Below are positions 1-6,262 of a DNA stretch of 64,000 nt, one piece after another. Below the pieces are notes generated by a model. That model was not told where the DNA came from. It saw only the letters and a program-made list of their open reading frames with translations, and did not search any database. The stretch comes from Candidatus Curtissbacteria bacterium RIFOXYA1_FULL_41_14 (lineage in GTDB: Bacteria > Patescibacteriota > Microgenomatia > Curtissbacterales > GWA2-41-24), in assembly GCA_001775095.1 (NCBI GenBank), contig MFCA01000025.1:116075-180074 (forward strand), given 5' to 3'. Position numbers and translations under genes: made by a program. Position 1 is the first letter of the stretch. Every line of letters starts with the position of its first letter.

Positions 1-272
1 ACAAAACGCTTTAATCTTTTTAAATTCATAAAGTCTTCCACTTTCTTTTATTCTGGGGAGTCGAGTTCCTCGAATATGAGTGGTCTCGGAATCGAAGATC
101 TGAACTCGACGACTCCAGAATCTAATTTGGGCCAGAATTTCAGGGGCAGAAAAAATCAAGAGGCAGGCAGATCGTTGATGAAGTATTCTATACTAAGTCT
201 TGATCCTACGCAAGTACAACGAGGTCCGACCTCGTCAAACTCCTCGGAGGTGAAGTAACGTATAATTAGACC

Positions 273-968
273 GTGCTTTCTTACCAACAGAAACAGCTTC
301 TGTTATTTGAAAAATTAGAAAAACAATTTAAGCAAGCTCAAACACCTACCACCCTCGTTATTCCGTCTTCCAACTATGTAAATGACAAAAGAATTTGTTT
401 AACCTGTGTCGTTTTCATTCCCGAAAATTTGCAAAGGTTAATTTTGAAAGAAATTATCAAGCCGCTCAAAAATGCGGATCCTAGTCAATATTATTACCTG
501 CCCCAATCTCTACACTTAACAATCCAAAACATAAGAACTATTAATTTGCCCCCTTTATTCATTGATGATGATATTGAAAAAGTGAAAACTGTTTTTGCCC
601 AAATAATACCAAAATATCAAGCGTTTGAATTTAACCTCGAAGGCCTCTTTGAATTACCAACCGGAATATCTATTCGAGGATTTACAAGTGAGGTTCTTGG
701 ACACTTAGTTATGGAACTTCGGGACAATTTAAAAAGAGTAGGTTTTGCCGATAATAAAACCTACTCGTCAGAGATAGTTTTTGGCAATATCAGCGTCTGT
801 CGTTATTACTTTAAAAAACCCAACTTGGCCTTTTTCAGAAAAGTTAAAGAGCTGAAAAAAATAAAAGTGGGAAAAATGAAAATAGAAGCAGTTTCTTTAA
901 TCACGGCCAATTGCGTTTGTCACCCTAACCTTACCAAAATCCTCAAAGAGTACAATTTACTTCCTTAA
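273..968 (+). CDS. hypothetical protein; weak 2H-phosphoesterase-like HxT ('HLTI') motif only
   Basis: Intact 231-aa ORF with no diagnostic motifs beyond a single H-x-T. Function not supported. Confidence 0.4.
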   Translation: MLSYQQKQLLLFEKLEKQFKQAQTPTTLVIPSSNYVNDKRICLTCVVFIPENLQRLILKEIIKPLKNADPSQYYYLPQSLHLTIQNIRTINLPPLFIDDDIEKVKTVFAQIIPKYQAFEFNLEGLFELPTGISIRGFTSEVLGHLVMELRDNLKRVGFADNKTYSSEIVFGNISVCRYYFKKPNLAFFRKVKELKKIKVGKMKIEAVSLITANCVCHPNLTKILKEYNLLP

Positions 969-1906
969 TTCACTACATTACTCGGAGAACCTTTTAGGAA
1001 GTTTTCCATATTTTTAATGAGAATCTCTTGTTTTGTCTGCCCCGCCTCTTTGGAAATGTACGCGATTGGCGGATAAATAATGCAGTTTTTGTATTTTGAG
1101 AGCCTTTTTAAATTCGCGCTCGACATTTCGTCGGAATGATCAAGAATAAAAGTAATATCCCCTGCTTTTAACCGCGTCTCTAATGCATCCAAATCCACCA
1201 GCTCCATCGGCGCGGTATTGATTACAACCGCTCCCTTTTTAACTTTTGCAATTCTTTTTTTATTTAAAAAATTCTCGGTCTCCTTATTTAAGGCAAAATG
1301 CAACGAAAGAAAATCACATTTGGGAATTAGAGTATCGGCATTTTCAAACTTTATCCCTTTTTTCTCTAAGACCCTTTTTCTTTCTCTTGACCAATAGCAA
1401 ACATTTGCTCCGAAACCCAAAGCCAGCTCTGCTACTCTTGACCCAATTCGTCCCAATCCCAAAATTCCAAAAGTTTTATCTTTAATTTCTGTTGCGCTAA
1501 ATCCGGATTCGGAATAATTACCCTTTCTTGCCTGCGCTTTTGCCTTTTCCAACTGGCGGATGTGTTCCAAAATTACTGCTATGACAAATTCCGCCACCGA
1601 CTCCGCGCTGTATCTAGGAACATTTGTCACCACAATTCCCTTGCTTTTTGCATAATTTGTATCGACTTTGGCATAACCGGTCGACATGACGCCGATGTAT
1701 TTTAAATTTGGTAAAGAATCGATAGTATTTTTATCAACAGGATTAAACTTACAGAGCAAACAATCAGTATTCTTTCGATCATTTGTATTGGGGTTAGAAG
1801 AAAAAATTACTTTTTGTACGAGAGAATTTAACTGTTTTAAAGTTGAGGGAGACAGCTCACTTTTCTCAAAGCCCGTAACCAGTACTTTCCCAAATTTCAC
1901 AGGCAA
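965..1906 (-). CDS. D-isomer-specific 2-hydroxyacid dehydrogenase (glycerate/phosphoglycerate dehydrogenase family)
   Basis: NAD-binding Rossmann motif 'GILGLGRIGSRVA'. Length and catalytic-domain layout are typical of the D-2-hydroxyacid dehydrogenase family. Confidence 0.8.
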   Translation of the reverse strand: MPVKFGKVLVTGFEKSELSPSTLKQLNSLVQKVIFSSNPNTNDRKNTDCLLCKFNPVDKNTIDSLPNLKYIGVMSTGYAKVDTNYAKSKGIVVTNVPRYSAESVAEFVIAVILEHIRQLEKAKAQARKGNYSESGFSATEIKDKTFGILGLGRIGSRVAELALGFGANVCYWSRERKRVLEKKGIKFENADTLIPKCDFLSLHFALNKETENFLNKKRIAKVKKGAVVINTAPMELVDLDALETRLKAGDITFILDHSDEMSSANLKRLSKYKNCIIYPPIAYISKEAGQTKQEILIKNMENFLKGSPSNVVN

Positions 1907-1990
1907 ATTATAGCAAAAGGCAGTTGAGGAGTCGATTTGCGAGAAAAAGTCCGATCTCGTTTAAGAAATTTTAAGGCTCAAGTTGATAAT

Positions 1991-2590
1991 TTAAAGAAAT
2001 AGCATGCGCCTGTAGACTTGGCGGGTTAACACGACATCTTTTTTACAATAAGTGTAGATTTCTTCGTAGCGTTTTTTAAGATAAAAATCATAAACTTGAG
2101 AACCGTCCATTTTATCTTTGGATGTTGGCAGATCTAAGGCAATGGATAAATTGTGAAGACTGGTTTGGGAAAAATTATCCCAGCGGCTCCATTCCTTAGC
2201 CGTATCAAAAATATTTTCAGTAGAAAATCTTTTTACGGGAAGTTGTTGGGAAGGTTTAATTTTGTTAACAACTGAGCGTTTATAAAGAAAAGGGATATCA
2301 AAATCGATAATATTGTGGCCGATAAATACATGGGCATCGCGGGCAATTGGCCACCATTTTTTAAGAATCTCGTCTTCTGAACCGGATATAATTTGGACAG
2401 GATCATCATCGATCGCGTAACCGATACAGAAAATTCTGCCAAAGTCTCCTGAAATGGCACTTGTGCGATATAGCGCTTCATCATCACCAGCGATTTCGCG
2501 ATTCCGAAACTTTTTGCGCTCAGCTTCAATTACAATTTGGCGTAATTTTTCCGGCGCCGGAATAGTTTCTAGATCAAAAAATAATTTCAT
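1991..2590 (-). CDS. DEDDy-type 3'-5' exonuclease (DnaQ/PolB-exonuclease-like)
   Basis: Exo I 'FFDLET', Exo II 'GHNIIDFDIPFL', Exo III 'YCKKD' motifs in order. Start lies 21 nt downstream of the stop of the 2612..3193 gene. Confidence 0.65.
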   Translation of the reverse strand: MKLFFDLETIPAPEKLRQIVIEAERKKFRNREIAGDDEALYRTSAISGDFGRIFCIGYAIDDDPVQIISGSEDEILKKWWPIARDAHVFIGHNIIDFDIPFLYKRSVVNKIKPSQQLPVKRFSTENIFDTAKEWSRWDNFSQTSLHNLSIALDLPTSKDKMDGSQVYDFYLKKRYEEIYTYCKKDVVLTRQVYRRMLFL

Positions 2591-2611
2591 ATGATACCTG
2601 AAATTCTACAA

Positions 2612-3193
2612 TTATCGTTCGAGCTTGTCGAGAACTTTTAAGTATAACCCCTGGCCAGTGGTAAGGGGTTGGGTGGTAAGAGTAATTGGGTCCGGGTTAA
2701 GAGTCAGGGTAGTTTCCAAAATATTATTGACTTGTCTCCAAGAGAAAACATTTCTATCTGCTTTACGTCGAGCATCTGCATCTTGCCCAGTTTTTGCGTC
2801 TACAATTGCAGCAGCGAGTCGGACTCTGGCAAAATCAATCAAGCTTTTGAGGGTGGTAGATCGAACAACTAGGGTATCTCTGGTAAGATCTTTGTCAGGC
2901 TCAGCATGTCCTTCTTTTAACTCTTTAAACTTGTCCAAGAAATCATTGGCTATCTTAAGATGGGAGTCTCCCATCTTAACTCTGGAGCGAATATAAGTTA
3001 CCACAAGGGGTGTCCAATACTCGGTAAAATCTTGTCTATAAGATTCTAAAGCATCTATTTGGTGTTGCTCTTCTTGTGGACTTGATACTGAGGGTTTGAT
3101 AAGACAAAGTTTGGGTCGCTCAGATTGATCTGGCCTGAAATGACCGATGTTTCCCTTCTGCTCTGCCGACATGGACGGACTTACTATGTCCAA
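2612..3193 (-). CDS. hypothetical protein in a GC-richer islet; has one R-x6-H string ('RSRVKMGDSH') but no recognisable fold
   Basis: 193-aa ORF, visibly GC-richer than its neighbours. Preceded on the minus strand by TTGCAA-18 nt-CATAAT promoter-like signals. Confidence 0.45.
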   Translation of the reverse strand: MDIVSPSMSAEQKGNIGHFRPDQSERPKLCLIKPSVSSPQEEQHQIDALESYRQDFTEYWTPLVVTYIRSRVKMGDSHLKIANDFLDKFKELKEGHAEPDKDLTRDTLVVRSTTLKSLIDFARVRLAAAIVDAKTGQDADARRKADRNVFSWRQVNNILETTLTLNPDPITLTTQPLTTGQGLYLKVLDKLER

Positions 3194-3198
3194 TTAAA

Positions 3199-3240
3199 AT
3201 TATGGCTACTTTTTGTGAAAATTTGCAAGGGGTGATTTTT
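3199..3240 (-). promoter_or_regulatory. sigma70-like promoter (TTGCAA / CATAAT) for the 2612..3193 gene; shares a 'CCCCTTGCAA(A)TTTTCA' box with 3505..3549
   Basis: Near-identical ~25-nt motif present twice, each immediately upstream of one islet gene. Confidence 0.4.
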
Positions 3241-3499
3241 ACTTGTGAGTTGCTGTCAAAAATGGCCTATCGTTAACGCTCACAGTTACCGGATGCCCCT
3301 GTGTAACAATTTTTTTTCGGGTACTACAACTGCCCGGAACCCGAGCCTCGATAGTGCTACGAGAACCGTCGCTCTCGCAGGAAGCTGCAACTTCAACTTC
3401 TGTGCTTAGTACCCCATATTGAAAACCAGGCTTGACAGTTTTAGGATCTGGTATCCGGCCGTCTACTTCCCTGTAAAATCTAATCTCCAATGGTGCCAT
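3239..3499 (-). CDS. hypothetical small protein (86 aa), apparently leaderless
   Basis: ORF in the GC-richer islet. On the minus strand TTGCAA-17 nt-TATAAT lies 8 nt before the ATG. Confidence 0.4.
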   Translation of the reverse strand: MAPLEIRFYREVDGRIPDPKTVKPGFQYGVLSTEVEVAASCESDGSRSTIEARVPGSCSTRKKIVTQGHPVTVSVNDRPFLTATHK

Positions 3500-3504
3500 A
3501 AATT

Positions 3505-3549
3505 ATAATTATAGGGTATTCCTTTGAAAATTGCAAGGGGGTTGTGTTT
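3505..3549 (-). promoter_or_regulatory. sigma70-like promoter (TTGCAA-17-TATAAT) giving a leaderless transcript for the 3239..3499 gene
   Basis: Consensus -10 lies 8 nt upstream of the ATG. Duplicate of the 3199..3240 motif. Confidence 0.45.
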
Positions 3550-4662
3550 TCATCTGAGATCTAAAGTTTCGCCCTTGAATGTAATATTTTTGGGTTTGAT
3601 GATGACTTGGCGGGGTCCTTTTTCTACGTAGCCGGCATTAAGACTTTTAAATCCGTTTTTGGGGATGATTTTTAGAGCTCTCGCGACGTCCCGTGACGGG
3701 AGGAAAATGGCGTAGTCCTGACCCATGTTAAAAGTCTGGTACATTTCAAAATCGTTGATTTTGGCATGTTTTTGAATAAAAAGAAATACTTCCTGAGGAT
3801 CAAAAATCTTTTCAACAACATAAGAACATTTTTGGCGCGCGCGCATGATCTTTCGCAAACCATGACCGGTAATATTTGAGATGTAATGGATTTGAATGCC
3901 AGCATCCAAAAGATCCTGGATTAATTTGGCATAGATGTTTGTTTTGGTAAGGATAGCTTCACCAAACGTTTTTCCATTTTTAAGTTTCGTTGCATAACCT
4001 TTTGGTAATTTAGCGGCAACTGCCCGGGCAAGGGAAATTCCATTGGCATTAATACCGGCAGACCTTATGAGTATAATTCTATCACCAATTTTAAGGTTTT
4101 GGTCTGTTACAAGGCGCTTTTTACTTTCGATTATTCCGACTGCAGAACCGGCTAAATCAACAGTGTTCGGCTTAATGATTCCTTTGAGTGTTGGTGTCTC
4201 CCCACCGCCCCAAGTCGCGCCCGCAAGATCACAAGCCTTTTTCCAGCCACTGATAAAATCTGTCATTCTATCCCTGTCATGTAACCAGTTATTATCTTCA
4301 ACTGCCCAATAAGCATGGACTACCAAAGGTTTTGCTCCAACCGTTGAAAGATCATTGATAAATGTAGCGACCGTATCCTGGGCAATAACATCATAGTAAG
4401 TTTTGCCGGTTATCTTTCTTACATCATCAGCAATTAAATTTTTGGTTCCAAGACATTCGACGACCGACGCCATATACACATCGCCCTGCTTCCAGACGAA
4501 GGCCGATTCACCGCGGGTTGCAGATACTTCAGAAAAGTTTGCTTTTTTAAGATGAACAGCAGTTTTTGCTGCGGCCTGTTGAGAAAGCTTGTTTACAGGA
4601 TCCTTCGTGTAATAATTATCGCCGACTTGGGCGTAAGTAATTTTTTGTCTCTTCATAATCAA
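3550..4662 (-). CDS. purM: phosphoribosylformylglycinamidine cyclo-ligase (AIR synthetase)
   Basis: PurM-like N- and C-domains over the expected length, within the pur operon. Confidence 0.8.
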   Translation of the reverse strand: MIMKRQKITYAQVGDNYYTKDPVNKLSQQAAAKTAVHLKKANFSEVSATRGESAFVWKQGDVYMASVVECLGTKNLIADDVRKITGKTYYDVIAQDTVATFINDLSTVGAKPLVVHAYWAVEDNNWLHDRDRMTDFISGWKKACDLAGATWGGGETPTLKGIIKPNTVDLAGSAVGIIESKKRLVTDQNLKIGDRIILIRSAGINANGISLARAVAAKLPKGYATKLKNGKTFGEAILTKTNIYAKLIQDLLDAGIQIHYISNITGHGLRKIMRARQKCSYVVEKIFDPQEVFLFIQKHAKINDFEMYQTFNMGQDYAIFLPSRDVARALKIIPKNGFKSLNAGYVEKGPRQVIIKPKNITFKGETLDLR

Positions 4663-4670
4663 CTCAATAT

Positions 4671-4734
4671 GTCATTCTGAGTGAAACGAAGAATCTCTAG
4701 TTCGTTACAGATCCTTCACTTCGTTCAGGATGAC
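4671..4734. repeat. miniature palindromic repeat 'GTCATTCTGAGTGAAACGAAGAATCT...CAGATCCTTCACTTCGTTCAGGATGAC'
   Basis: 64-bp imperfect palindrome, intergenic. Same family as 5412..5477 and 48533..48596. Resembles the widespread 'GTCATCCTGAGCG..GAAGGATCTC' repeat that generates spurious ORFs. Confidence 0.7.
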
Positions 4735-4738
4735 ATCC

Positions 4739-5401
4739 TCATAAACTTTGTAACAATTCTGGTGTCACGTCCGATAAGCTTTTTACTATTTTATCAGCTT
4801 TTGCGAAATTATGACTTTTTGTGTATTTATTGGGAATAGCAATTACTTTCATACCGGCTTTTTTTGCCGCAACAATTCCCGTTTCTGCATCTTCCAAAGC
4901 AACACAATCAGCGGGTTTTATTTTCAGTTCCCTTGCAACTTGTAAGTAAATATCAGGAGAGGGTTTTGGCTTTATTTCATCACTTGCCCCGACGATTACA
5001 TCAAATAGATCTTTTGCTTTTATTTTGTTTAGCATAAAAAAGACTAGATCGACAAATCTATTTGAAGCTAAAGCGATCTTCATTTTTTCTTCCTTTAGCA
5101 TCCTGACAAGATCAATAAAACCCGGTATGACTGTGAGCTTTTTCTCTACAAGATCTCGAAATATCTTTCTTTTTATCTTCTTTAATACTTCTATGTCCTC
5201 TTTCAGATTATATTTTTTACTAACTTGTTTATACGTCTCACCCGCCAGTCCGACAGTGTGGATTAGGCCTTCTTTGTTATATTGTGGAGTCTTTCCATAC
5301 TTTCGCAGGAGCTTTTCCAAGGACAATGATTCTATTGGTTCGCTGTCTACAATAACTCCATCCATATCAAAAATGACCGCTTTTATCTTTTTGCTCTTCA
5401 T
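4739..5401 (-). CDS. HAD-superfamily hydrolase (beta-phosphoglucomutase/phosphatase-like)
   Basis: Motif I 'VIFDMDGVIVDSEP'. Start moved to 'MKSKKIK' because the upstream codons lie inside the palindromic repeat. Confidence 0.7.
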   Translation of the reverse strand: MKSKKIKAVIFDMDGVIVDSEPIESLSLEKLLRKYGKTPQYNKEGLIHTVGLAGETYKQVSKKYNLKEDIEVLKKIKRKIFRDLVEKKLTVIPGFIDLVRMLKEEKMKIALASNRFVDLVFFMLNKIKAKDLFDVIVGASDEIKPKPSPDIYLQVARELKIKPADCVALEDAETGIVAAKKAGMKVIAIPNKYTKSHNFAKADKIVKSLSDVTPELLQSL

Positions 5402-5411
5402 AACATCGACT

Positions 5412-5477
5412 GTCATTCTGAGAGAAACAAAGAATCTATTATTTCAATGCAGATCCTTCACTTCCGTTCAGGATGAC
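5412..5477. repeat. miniature palindromic repeat, second copy of the 4671..4734 family
   Basis: 'GTCATTCTGAGAGAAACAAAGAATCT...CAGATCCTTCACTTCCGTTCAGGATGAC'. Confidence 0.7.
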
Positions 5478-5484
5478 AAAAAAG

Positions 5485-6261
5485 TTAATTCTGTTGCGCA
5501 AACTTTATCATTTCCTCGAAAATAAACGCTCCGTGGGGTTTGGTAATTTTCTCCCTTCGCCAGTTTGGATATTGGGTGATGTCGACAAATTTTTCCGGGT
5601 GAGGCATCAGACCTAAAATTCGGCCTGTCGGATCGCAAATGCCGGCAATAGCGTTTTGCGATCCATTGGGATTCTGCGGATAAGTCTGTGTCGGTTGACC
5701 GCTCTCGTCAACATACCTGAAAACGACTAAACTTTCATCTTCGACCTTTTGGATTGTTTTTGGCTCGGCGTAAAACTTGCCTTCGCCATGATTGACTGCG
5801 ATTCTAATAAGTTCATCTGAACCGTTGACAAAAAGACATTTGCTATCCCCTGTTTTTATTGTCACCCAGCGGCATTCAAAACGGCCGCTGTCATTACCAG
5901 CCAAAGTAACATCCATTTGGCCAAAGTTGTTAAAAGGTAAAAGACCGGTTCTGACCAGGGTTTGAAAACCGTTACAAATTCCCAAAATTAATCCCTTTTT
6001 TGAAATGAATTCTTGAAGTTCATTTTTCAAAAAACTAATAAGCTCCACTGCCAGAATTTTCCCGGAAGCGACATCGTCTCCATAAGAAAACCCGCCGGGA
6101 AGAGCCAAAATTTGGAAAGAGGATAACTTTTTACTTTTGCCTCTTAGTTGGTTAACATGAACCATCTCCGGCGCTGCCCCGAACTTTTCAAAAGCATAGA
6201 AAAGCTCCTCGTCACAATTAGTTCCGTCAGTTCTAAGAATGCAAATTTTCGGCTTGATCAT
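5485..6261 (-). CDS. purQ: phosphoribosylformylglycinamidine synthase, glutamine amidotransferase subunit
   Basis: Class-I GATase with catalytic 'GICNGFQ' Cys and 'HPE' His/Glu. Sits directly downstream of purL. Confidence 0.85.
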   Translation of the reverse strand: MIKPKICILRTDGTNCDEELFYAFEKFGAAPEMVHVNQLRGKSKKLSSFQILALPGGFSYGDDVASGKILAVELISFLKNELQEFISKKGLILGICNGFQTLVRTGLLPFNNFGQMDVTLAGNDSGRFECRWVTIKTGDSKCLFVNGSDELIRIAVNHGEGKFYAEPKTIQKVEDESLVVFRYVDESGQPTQTYPQNPNGSQNAIAGICDPTGRILGLMPHPEKFVDITQYPNWRREKITKPHGAFIFEEMIKFAQQN

Positions 6262-6262
6262 G

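Noticed and set aside
76-258. 60-aa ORF at the left edge
   Set aside because: Embedded in an inverted-repeat-rich, likely non-coding leader, with no start context. Not reported as a gene.
2233-2529. Antisense or overlapping ORFs inside strong genes (e.g. 2233..2529, 51953..52252, 55159..55437, 58490..58753)
   Set aside because: Each lies wholly within, and opposite or out of frame to, a well-supported conserved gene. Treated as noise from the six-frame track.
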